Assembly: GCA_949293905.1 (NCBI GenBank)
Contig: CASFFG010000002.1
Location: forward strand, 12,153 to 76,152
Origin: an uncultured Christensenella sp.
GTDB taxonomy: Bacteria; Bacillota; Clostridia; Christensenellales; UBA1242
DNA: 64,000 nucleotides
Reading direction: 5' to 3'
The notes under the pieces were generated by a model. That model was not told the origin of the DNA. It did no database searches and worked only from the letters and a program-made list of their open reading frames with translations. A program made the translations under genes and the position numbers. The stretch's first letter is position 1. Every line of letters begins with the position of its first letter. Shown here piece by piece: positions 52,352-63,700 of this stretch.

Positions 52352-53077
52352 ATGTGGTCAATGTACATGATATATTACATTTTGGGAATAGTAATGATAC
52401 CTGGGTTAATACTTGGCATTTGGGCTCAAACAAAAGTTTATTCCACTTTCAATCATTATAATAAAATTGAAACAAAGCATGGGAAAACTGCTAAAGATGT
52501 CGCTCGCTTCATGTTAGATAGCGCGGGTTGTGTAGATACAAAGGTGGAACATATTCGTGGTGAATTGACGGACAATTTTAATCCAAAAACTAACACCGTA
52601 TCTTTAAGCGAAAGCGTGTATAATCAAGCAACCATTTCAGCGGTTGGGGTCACCGCACATGAAATAGGGCACGTATTCCAACATAAAAATGGTTACGCAC
52701 CAATAAAACTAAGAAATGCGCTTGTACCAGTTATGAATATTCTCGGTTATTTTGTTTGGCCGTTAATTATAATTGGACTAATTTTAGAGATGACCTATTA
52801 TGCCACTGCCGTCGACTGGCTACTTATTGCTGGCATTGCAATTTATTCATTAAACATCGTCTTTTGCTTAATTACCTTGCCTATTGAACTTAATGCAAGT
52901 AAGCGTGCTTATAAAATGCTAACTGCGACAGGTGAAATGGATTTAGAAGAAGCAGAGGGTGTTAAAAAAGTGCTATCCGCAGCAGCATGGACTTATGTTG
53001 CGGCACTAGTTACTTCAATTCTATCGCTCGTTCGTTTAGTCATGTTTATATTCATGATGCGTGGCGGAGATAAATAA
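52352..53077 (+). CDS. Membrane zinc metallopeptidase (Zn_peptidase_2 / YpfJ-like family)
   Basis: 241 aa. Shine-Dalgarno is TAGGAGAA. Contains the HEIGH zinc motif (AHEIGHVFQH) and flanking TM helices. Confidence 0.8.
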   Translation: MWSMYMIYYILGIVMIPGLILGIWAQTKVYSTFNHYNKIETKHGKTAKDVARFMLDSAGCVDTKVEHIRGELTDNFNPKTNTVSLSESVYNQATISAVGVTAHEIGHVFQHKNGYAPIKLRNALVPVMNILGYFVWPLIIIGLILEMTYYATAVDWLLIAGIAIYSLNIVFCLITLPIELNASKRAYKMLTATGEMDLEEAEGVKKVLSAAAWTYVAALVTSILSLVRLVMFIFMMRGGDK

Positions 53078-54091
53078 TTAAAGTAACCTTCTATTCGCTC
53101 TAATTTGCGAAAATTTAGTCATAACTTCGTATTCGCTCGAGTTAGAATAATCAGCATAAGTCTTTAGTGGGGTAGTATCGTCCAATATGTAGATACTATC
53201 CCCTTTTTTTAATTTAGTGTCCGTTAAATCAACCATGAAACAATCCATGCAGATATTTAAAACTTTACATAAATTTCCATTAAGGTTTAATTTTAAACCG
53301 ATGTAAGACAAGTCAAACCCGTCCGCGTAACCGATAGGTATTATTCCAACCCTCATATTTTTCTTGGCAACAAAAATATAGTTATAGCCGACTAACTCTC
53401 CCGCCCTTACCATATTCACTTGCACTATTTTAGTTTTTATCTTTACAACTGGCGAAAAATTTTTGCTAGACTTATTATATAGAGAAAATCCAACTCTAAC
53501 CATATCCAGTCCGTGATTTTCTATTTCACTTACAATGCTATTATCGGCGTGAATAATAGGATTAAAGTCTTTCTTTTTTACCATTTTTACGAACTTTAAA
53601 AACTGCGAAAATTGCACATGCATATACTCGTCTGCGGTTGCAAAGTGAGTAAAAATACCTTCTATTTTAAGTTTTGAATTTTTAATTAATTTAAGTGCAC
53701 GACTAAATTCACGAGCACTTTTAAACCCAAACCTATTCATTCCGCTATTTATTTTTAAATGAATATTATATTCTTTATCCTTTTTAACTAGTCTAATTAT
53801 GTCATCAATCGAGTGACAAGTGTATGAAAAACGCCCGTCAATCCTGTATGGAAGCGCACCTACAATTAAAATTTTCTTTTTGCTAAATTTGGCAACCTGC
53901 CTTGCTTCTTGCTCGTTTGATACGCCATAAAAATCGACATATCTATCAATAGTTTTTACAACAAATTTTACTCCAACTCCATACGCGTTCGCTTTTACCA
54001 TAACGCAAATTTTTGAGTTTGGATTTTTGAGTCTAATATATTTAATATTTTTAATTAAATTTTCACTACTAACTAAAAAACTATTAAACAT
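53078..54091 (-). CDS. alr: Alanine racemase (short form, 337 aa)
   Basis: Contains VMVKANAYGVG (PLP lysine), SGMNRFGF, THFATAD and PIGYADG. Confidence 0.9.
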   Translation of the reverse strand: MFNSFLVSSENLIKNIKYIRLKNPNSKICVMVKANAYGVGVKFVVKTIDRYVDFYGVSNEQEARQVAKFSKKKILIVGALPYRIDGRFSYTCHSIDDIIRLVKKDKEYNIHLKINSGMNRFGFKSAREFSRALKLIKNSKLKIEGIFTHFATADEYMHVQFSQFLKFVKMVKKKDFNPIIHADNSIVSEIENHGLDMVRVGFSLYNKSSKNFSPVVKIKTKIVQVNMVRAGELVGYNYIFVAKKNMRVGIIPIGYADGFDLSYIGLKLNLNGNLCKVLNICMDCFMVDLTDTKLKKGDSIYILDDTTPLKTYADYSNSSEYEVMTKFSQIRANRRLL

Positions 54092-54134
54092 AATTTTATG
54101 TATGAAAAAATGTATATTTTGTTAAAATTTATTA

Positions 54135-54165
54135 AAAAATAAAAAACGGGCAAATTTTTACCCGT
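54135..54165 (-). terminator. Rho-independent terminator of queH
   Basis: Stem ACGGG (54146-54150) / CCCGT (54161-54165) with a T-run on the minus strand (plus-strand A-run 54135-54146). Confidence 0.7.
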
Positions 54166-54762
54166 TTATTTATTCTCATTTTTCTTCAAGTGTGACATGG
54201 CAAATTCGCACCCACAATAGTCTTGACGATAAATTCCTTTCTCTTTACAAATCTGGGTGCTTCTAAGATACCCATTCTCCTTTTTAAAATCTGCGTGAAG
54301 ATACTTTATACCATACTTTTTCTCTAAACTCTCGCCAAGTGAATTAATAAATTCACAATCTTTATGCGGACTAATGGATAGCGTAGTTGTCACAATATCA
54401 AAATTATTTTCAACCGCATATGAAAATGCCTTGTTCATGCGATAAGCGATACATATCCTACACCTATCTCCGCCTTCAATGTCGCTTTCATGCCCCTTGA
54501 CCAAATTTAGATATTCGTTATGATTATAACCTAAATCGACTACTTTTATATTTAATTTTGAAAATTCTTCCTTTCGCTTAAAATACTCGTTTTCGGGATA
54601 AATATTTGGATTAAAATATAAATACGTTATATCAAAAAATTTAGAAATCTTCTCAATCACTGCACTTGAGCATGGTGCACAACATACATGCAAAAGCAGT
54701 TTTGGTTTTTCTCCAAAACTGCTTATTTCTTCATGCATAATCTTGTTGTAATCTATTTTCAT
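54166..54762 (-). CDS. queH: Epoxyqueuosine reductase QueH (DUF208)
   Basis: 198 aa. Contains the LLLHVCCAPCS signature plus the downstream CRIC and C-terminal CGCE cysteines. Confidence 0.9.
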   Translation of the reverse strand: MKIDYNKIMHEEISSFGEKPKLLLHVCCAPCSSAVIEKISKFFDITYLYFNPNIYPENEYFKRKEEFSKLNIKVVDLGYNHNEYLNLVKGHESDIEGGDRCRICIAYRMNKAFSYAVENNFDIVTTTLSISPHKDCEFINSLGESLEKKYGIKYLHADFKKENGYLRSTQICKEKGIYRQDYCGCEFAMSHLKKNENK

Positions 54763-54768
54763 GATAAT

Positions 54769-54796
54769 ATTTTAACAAATTGATGCAATTTGTCAA
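54769..54796 (-). promoter_or_regulatory. Candidate promoter giving a leaderless queH transcript
   Basis: Minus-strand reading is TTGACA (54791-54796, overlapping the TGA stop of the giant gene), a 16-nt spacer, TAAAAT (54769-54774), ATTATC, then ATG. No Shine-Dalgarno is possible in the 6-nt gap. Confidence 0.45.
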
Positions 54797-57700
54797 GAAA
54801 GTTTTGTAAATGTAATGGTGATATTTTCTTCCCTTTCAACAGAACTTTCTTCAATTATAGATGTGATTTCGAGTCTAAATATGAGTTGTTCTTCTACGAA
54901 TAATCCTTCATTGTCTGTTAATTTAACCCTACTATTTTCTCCAATTTGAGTGCCCTCATCTGTTATTCCTGCAGTCTTAAATATTAGCATAGTTTCATTT
55001 TCTTCTAAACCGTAATATCTATTTATCGCGTTAGGGTCAAATGCTAAATTAGATGTATCTCCGCGTAAGGTTATCGAATTTCTACCTCCGCTGACATAAA
55101 GATTCGTTGCTGTATATGTATCAAATTCATATATATTATCGCTATTTATGTCCGTACCAATACTTTCTAAATCTATCCTTAAAATTGGTTCGATTATTTC
55201 AGTTGAACTAGGAGTAAACACAATAATTTCGGCAGAATATCCCCTTCTTGACCATGAGTCAAACGAACCAACTGACACTCCCACAAAGTAGGTCACATAA
55301 GTATAATCTACATTGATACCCGAAACTATATTGTTGCTTGCCGAACCTGCACCAACTTTAAAGATATTTGAATATGGCAAATCGTAAGTCGCGCCAGTGT
55401 ATAAGTTCGCATCGTTAATTAATCCAACTTGCGAATTAATTATAGAACTACTAGAAGTATCATAGTTTATTACGAAATTGTTACCAATTACGGCATATGT
55501 AGTATCAGCATAACTAATTTGATTATCTGCGATACCTACAAATAGTCCAAGAACTCTACCATAATTAATTGATGAACTGAAATCTTCCGCTCCAAGCGAA
55601 TAAGAATAGTAGTCACTCATATTATCAACTAAATATTGAATCGTATCTAATGATAATTTTAAATCGTTGTACTGAGACAAAGTCCTTCCTTGATAATTAT
55701 AAGATATATCTTCTTTCCTCGTTGGCAGAACTGATTTACTGTTATTATCGATTGAACCTACACCTGTAGTACGATTGTTAAATGTGTCAAAAGTATAATC
55801 TGCGCCGATTATTCCACCAGTGTAGAAACTTAATAGTTCACCATTAAAGTCCACCGAATGAATATATCCATAAAGGTTTCTACCCACAATTCCACCAGCC
55901 GTAGATGTAGTGTTAGTCTTTAATATGCTGAGTTCAACCTGTGAATCCATTATAACTCCACCCATATTAAAACCAACTAAGCCTGCGTTTACATTGTTAG
56001 AATTGTTAAATATATCCGCATTTGTACTCACGACGTTAGCCGAAGTTATCCAACCACGATTTTCACCGACTAGTCCAGCACTGTACTGGTAACCATAAAG
56101 TATTCCACCAGTCAACTCAACCGTAGCGTTATTCACCTTAACTCGCTCGCCTATCATACCAAACGCTGAACCGATTGTATCTCCTATCACTGTTAGGTTT
56201 CCACTAACAGAGATATCTTCCGCTATGAAATAGTTACTATCGACAAGCGTTCTCGTACTAGAAGCACTGTAATTTCTACTATCATATCCGTCCAAAATAC
56301 CAGCGATACTACCTGCATAGTAAACTTCTTCGATATTAGAAGATACTTCCGCACCGTTATTTTTAGATTTATAGACTGCGTATTGATATTGTGTAGACGC
56401 TCTAACGCTATTTACACTGACCGTACTTGAAATAGTTTCGATATCAAATCTCCCCCGCACTATTCCAGCGAGTCCGCCAACCGCATTAGAACCAACCACA
56501 ACATCATCGGCAGATAAATCTATATTGTATAGTTTATAATCTTCGATAATTCCAGCCAATATACCAACCGCACTCGTTCTAGAAGCAAGTAGTGAACTCG
56601 CATTAATATCTAGATTCCTAACCGCATTGGCGACTGAACTATCTTGTACAGTAATATTCCTAAACAAACCTATAGATGACAAGTCTTCTTGCGAATATAT
56701 CATAAGTCCGTCAATATCCACATTGTTACCCTGAATATTTCCAGAGAATGTCATTGAACTCGTGGTCGGGCTAGCGTAAAGGCTAGAAAAGTCTATGTCC
56801 GCTATAAACCTAAAATATTTAGTCATATTATCTTCGATGAAATATCTTTGATAACTGTCTAGGTCGTAGATTAAAATTGGATTCTCTTTTTCGCCATACC
56901 CGTTATCACTTACAATCCACCTATATGTGTAACCGATAATGTTATTATTGTTGTCTAAGATAGGTTCGTCTTCTCTTCTAATCGTCCTAAGTCCGTAGTA
57001 GTATTGACTATATTGTACGCCTTCTATGGTGACTATCGACCCGCTTGGCGCTTCGTTTCTTGTATATTCTACTGTTTCAAGAGTAGAAACTAGTTTTGGA
57101 GTTAGACTTCCACCCATTGTCCATACTGCATTTTCGTTATCTCCAAAAGTAAATCCAGCATATCTAGTACGGTCAAGTCTATTATTATACTCAATCTGCT
57201 CCAAGCCGTCTATGCCATCTTGATAACCACTAACATATGACTTAATTTCATACGAGTTTTCTATCCCTGTTGTACCAGAAGGTGCGAACATGTTAACAAT
57301 AGAACTTGACTTATTACCATTGTTAATCATGGTGTAACATTTTTCAATAGTGGACGAATTGACGCTCACAAATCCTGAGAAAATGTTGTTACTATTGTCA
57401 CCCACTTGCTCCATAACTACATACGAATCATAAATAGTTCCTGCATTATTATATACGAAACCAGCGGATATATCTTTAGCCGATATGTTACCGATAGGAT
57501 AATAGTTCATACCATTAATCAAGCAGTAATTTACGCCAGATTCTACATAACTCATCGAGATTTCACCCGTATTGTTAACTACAAATCCAGCGACTTCTAT
57601 TACGCTATTATAACTATTTGTCCTATTATACGCATAAATTAAGCCATAACCATTTGGATTCGTCGTGCTTGAAGTATTCGCATTAAACGCGCTTGAAGAA

Positions 57701-60700
57701 ATCTTCCCCGCATTTGAATATGCTAGTCCACCAATATTTGCTTTCGCAAAAATTTGAAGTTCGCTAGTGGAATTTGTGATATACCCCGTAGAATTATTAT
57801 TTCCTACCAGTCCACCTATATAGAAGGATACGTCTAAATCTTCCACTTTTGCTTCAACCGTCGGTGCAGTAAGTGCAACAAGTCCTTTTACCTTACAATT
57901 AGTAATAATCCCTGAATTTGAAGGTGTAATACCACCGAATGTAACCGATTCATAATCGACTTCTGCGCTTTGTGCAATATTATAATAAGTTACATCAAAA
58001 CTTGAACTTGTTCTTGAATACGAACCAAAATTATATGTATCTCTACTTCTACTATACTCGACTGTTAGGTTCATAACTAGCATATCTTCATAAACTTGAC
58101 TAAATAATCCAGCCTGGATATCCGCATCAGTAAATACTGAGAAATTTCTAATTGTAATAGTGTGCCCATTTCCGTCAAAATAGGTTAAATCCACATCGAG
58201 CGGAGTATAGTTTTCTAATACGATATCATTTCCTAATGTGTATCCCGTGCCCGACTCCATATTTAAGAATTCTAGGGCAGTAGTTACTAGATTTGTTTCA
58301 TGGTCTGTTAATGCATCTGTAAAATTCAATTCATAGTCGATATTGTATGAAATTTGCGAATAATTAGCTTGATTAGTTGGGTTTTCTTCTGTACTAAATT
58401 CCCAATAATTATCTACTAGGTTTAGATAGAATTTTAAGGTCATTTCATCAATGTCTACCAATCCAGATGGGCGTATAGTATAAGTAAAATTATCATTTTG
58501 GGTGATAGTTAAAACATTGCTATCATCTTCGTCCAACAATGTCAATACATTCTCAGTTATTGTTATGTTATCGTTATCAAATCCTGAAAATTCTAGTAAT
58601 TCAAGTATTCCTATATTGCTATTTAACTCGGCCAAGATTTGATTTAGATAATATATTATTCCACTACCTTCACTAATATCTGGATTATATTCTATATCAT
58701 CACCGCTTGCGCCGGCAAAACTCACATCATTTGAGTCAAAATAAAAGTAGAAATTAGTGTTAGAGTTATTGTTACCATATAGTGTATGTCCGTTGTTAAC
58801 CGAATGTGATATGCTCACATCGTGAATAACAAAATTAGTGAATTTAAAACTAATTGATTTAGTCGCTGTATCATAGTCACCATTTTCATTAGTCAAAACT
58901 GCGTTTGCCGTGATAGTCAGCGTGCCCCCTAAAAGAGTTTCCATATTCACGCCTTCGCGCGGAGTCAATTCATAGAAATTGGTGCTAGAGGATAGCGTAT
59001 AGAAATAATCTTCAAAATTGAGTTCATTATTACTATTATCTACCAATGTATAACTGAATGTTGGCACTGTGTTATCAGCATTTGTAGCGTAAATTAAGAA
59101 GTCGTTTATCGTCCCGATAGCCAGGTATCTAGTTGTTTGTGTGCTTTCCACCGTTCCGTCTGGACGAATATAATTCATCACAATGCTCGGCATCATGCGT
59201 GCCGTTATGATTATATTCCTAGGCGGCGATACTAAAACATCTCCCACTCCTTCCGTCCTAACATACGCACGAACTTGGATTGTATGTTCAATCGAAGAAT
59301 ACTCTCTACTAATACGCGTGCGAACATAAATCGTATTCGTATCACTAGTATTGTTTAAAATAATTCCTAATCCGTCGCTAGATGGCAAGTCTACTCCTAA
59401 ACGATTGCCGTCTTTATCAACTTGAGCAAATACAATAAGTTCTTGTCCTGTTATATCGCTAATTTCCAAATAATCATAATAACCATTTACAGGCGCGATA
59501 TTTATAACCATAAGTCCATAGACATCAGGGTCAGTCTCTGTCCCTGACTTAATTATATCGCTCTCAATCCAACTATTATTTTCTCGTATATAGTTCTTAA
59601 TCTCTATGCTATTAATTCTTTGTGGAAGAAGAGTAAACCCTATATTTGCTCTCTCGACTCCGTCTATGGTGAAATTTAAGTCTAAGTCATGTCTTGTTGT
59701 TGTATCAATTGTTGTAGGGAACACTACATCAAAAGTCACCTTTTGGATTCCAGTTTCACTCACTAACTCACCTAAGTTAATATTAGTTATGTAACTGGTT
59801 AAGTCTGTTTGAATATTGTCATCTAGATAAATGTTGACTAATTCTAAGAATTCGTCTTCTGTTTCTAGTGCCTTATCTGTCGTGATATTTGCAGTTACGC
59901 TAGTCTTATCATTAGGGTATAAGATAAGTGAATTGTAATCGACAGAAATGTTTGATGCACCGCGGTATGTGTATAGGTTAAACTGAATTTGATTTTCAAA
60001 CTCAATTCTATGTCCCGCCACCACAATATATGGAGTAAGTGTAAATTCAAAGTATGCGTCATTATCTACACTTTCTAAAACAGTGATACTAAACGGAATG
60101 TCATAATCCAAATCTGCTACCCAAATGTTGTCACTGATCACATCAGTTCCGTCGACATTTGTCACTTTCTTAGTAAAAGTTATTCCACTGATATTGAGAT
60201 AATCACTCAAATTGTCTATCACACCTACGAGAGCGGTATCTACTTCGATATGAAGATTTACGGTTGAATTAGTTTGATATTCATATCCGTATCTCTCCCC
60301 GCTAGAAATTGTATAGAATTGCTCAGCGTAACCTTTGGCAATATTTACATCTTCTCCATTAATACTTAAACTCTCGTCCACGCTAGACTTACTTATTACG
60401 AACCTATCACCAATAGGATAGCCAACATAAATTCTAACCGTTTGACTAATCGAATTATTAAGCGGAGATGTAAATCTAATTTCAGCATATCCCGTTCCGC
60501 GAAGAAGGATATAACTATTTGAAATCATAACTACATTTGAATTAGAACTAGTGACACTTAATCTAACATTTTCTAAATCTTCTGGGTCAACTTCAAAATT
60601 AAGCAATTCATATAATGAATGTCTATTACTGCGAGTTAGCGAATTGTTGTTATTTTCATCTTCTACATATGAGTAGTAATTATAGTATTCTAAATATATA

Positions 60701-63700
60701 GAATTACCATCTAAAATAACTGCCCCGTCATATTCTTTGCTAGACACGGTGACCGAATTAGGAATTCGCTCAAATATTGGGTTATCGTCACTTCCTTTTA
60801 TGTAGATATACCCACCATTAGTTGAAGCGTCGTAACCCCAAATGTTGCCATCTGCATCGAAACTATCACTACCGTCTTGAGCCTTACTTATATTCCAATT
60901 TATCGGGTCTGTCGCAATGATAGGTTCAGTTCCTAACGAATTTCCATTCACTGAGAACATTCTATATCCAATTTGATTTGTTATATTGGATACGACTAAT
61001 TCATTTGTCTGTCTACCGTCTAACTTACCGATAAACGCCACATTAAACAGTATTGATGAGCCAACTGAGTTGTCCGGATAACGAATAGAATTGACAAGTC
61101 CTGCGCTCTCTATTCCACTATTTATTACCTTAATGTACGCGTTAGCGCTAGACTTTACTATCGCTGTCGTGTCGAACGAGCCTGCTCCAACACCGCCCAT
61201 TATGCCAGCATTTGCTCCACCGATTAGTCCTGCTACATAGTTTTGCCCAACTATATCCGCATTCCCTGTTATTTCAGTACAATTAGAATAATCAAAGCGA
61301 TAACTATATACCGAGCAAGATTCTAAATACGAATTGGTTGCATTTCCTATAATTCCACCGACATAATGGACTCCCACTATTGAACTAGTGGTAGTGCTCG
61401 CTTGAATTTGATAATGGACATCTCTATAAATGCCATATTCGTCCAAGCCTGTAACGCCACCAACATTATCTCCCGTTGAAGACATTTTTACAAGCGATGT
61501 AATATTGTAAAAGTTATAATTTGAACTATCCACACTGACATTTGTAATGGTTGAGCCACTATCTGTAGTCACTACGACCTTAGGGGTTACTCCATCGATT
61601 GAAATTCCTTCATTATAACCTATAACTCCGCCTACATTACTATGACTGGATATTATGTTACCTAAAACATAAGCATTTTCAAGCGTTGCATTAGTAGAAT
61701 TTATACCTATTATTCCACCAACAGCACTTCTATTATTGGTTAAATTAGAATTTATGTTAATATCTGCAAGTGCGCCGTCATTTCCTAAGTAAATTCCAAA
61801 AATGATATTACTAATTTGAGAATAGCCGACCATTTCGCTAGCATTGGCGTCTAAAGTTGTAGTTCCACTAGCATCATCAAATCCCTTGATACTGCCATCG
61901 TTGTTTCCAACCAGTCCACCAAAATAGACGATAGCGTCACCCGTTATGTTCAGCGTACCGCTAAATGTTACACCTACAATTGAGTTTGAAGTATATTCAA
62001 TTTCCCCTTCGTTAACGCCAACAAGTCCGCCAAAGTAGATTGTACTATTTTCTCCATTCAATCTTACACTAGACGAACTGCCGTTTGTAGTAAGCGTGGT
62101 ATTTAATAACGAACCATTATTAACATCAATAACACCTAAATTTAATGCTGAATTTGAATTAATTTCATACTCATAAGTTACATTAAAGTTTATGTTAGTT
62201 ATACTGCCGTTAAAGTTTGTAAATAAATTCCTGTTTGTGTTATTTAATACTACACCAGATATTGTAAATACATATTGAGTATTATCGTCTTGTGAGAAAG
62301 TCGTTATCGAACCTGTAAACCCGTCAATAACTTTACTTCCAATATAGTTAGTGTTGCTAATATTAATATTTGTCATTAGCATATAATGCGCGGATTTCAT
62401 AAGTTCGCTATCATTTATTTCCCAGAAATCTTCCGCATTAAATATAGCGTATGGATTACTCTCTGTGCCATTAGATAGTATTAACTGTATCTCTATATAT
62501 GCATCATAATATTTTGTCGGGTCACTAGTTGGACCATTCAAAATAAAGTCGGTAGGGTAATTATATCCAGATGTAAGGTCACCTAATTCTACATTTAGTA
62601 CATCTCGAGCAAACACAATTAATCGTAAATTATTGCCAGATACTAAATTAGACCTAACGGAAAGGCTATTCCCGCTTATACTTACGCTATTATTCTTATT
62701 TCCATATCTATCTACAACAACCATATAAATTCCAGACGAAGTGACATCTCCTTCGCTAGAAAAACTCTTGTACGTTATGGTATAAGGGTCTTCCCCCGCC
62801 TTTAAATTTAGATAATACTCCGTACCATTTTCTGTAAGAGTATTTAACTCGCTAGTAATTTGTATACTCTCTGTTAAGACAGGTCGTTCTACAGTTATTG
62901 TAAACATTATATTAAATGGATCGCTATTGAACTGAGTGAATGTAGCATATATTATACAAGTATAACTGCTAATTGTACCTACCGTATTAAATCTAAGGCT
63001 AACAGAATTGTTCCCTTGCGTTTCCGTGTATATCAGTGGTGCATTGGCGCTATCCGTTCTCCACACAACTTTAAAATAGTTATTAACTGAATTTTCTGTT
63101 CCGTCTCCCGCACCTTCTTCACCTTCGCCTGTTTGTGTGCCAGAACTATTGCCAACTACGCCTATCGCACCCGTTTGCTCACCTGACTGGATATAGTTCC
63201 AAAGCGAAGGGTTAATTAGATTTATATTTAAAGTCGCACTTGCGAGATTTTTATCATAGACCCCAAGACTATCGTACATATATCTAGTCACTCTAGTTCC
63301 GCTGACAGTCTGTCCGTCATATGTTATACTTGCAGATATATCGTTGAGTTGTAGTTCTTCATAGACAAAGAATACAATAGTAATACTTTCTTTTACAGTG
63401 CCGTCCACAGTATAAATATTAGGATAATTTTCTACTTCTATCTCTATATTTAATGTAATATACCTTATTTCGTCTACAAAAGTTCCCCTATGGAACGATA
63501 GACTTGGATTACTATCCAATTCCCCATTATATCTAACTGTCACAAAGTCAGTTGCGTTGTAATTATCACCACCATCGTAAGTTAAGATATAAGAATAAGA
63601 TACGAGTTCATAGACTTCGTCTAATTTTATTTCCAAGTCAAGCGATTGTCCGCTAGCAACGATATAATCTGCTTTATAATCTGCAAATAGGTACTGTGCT

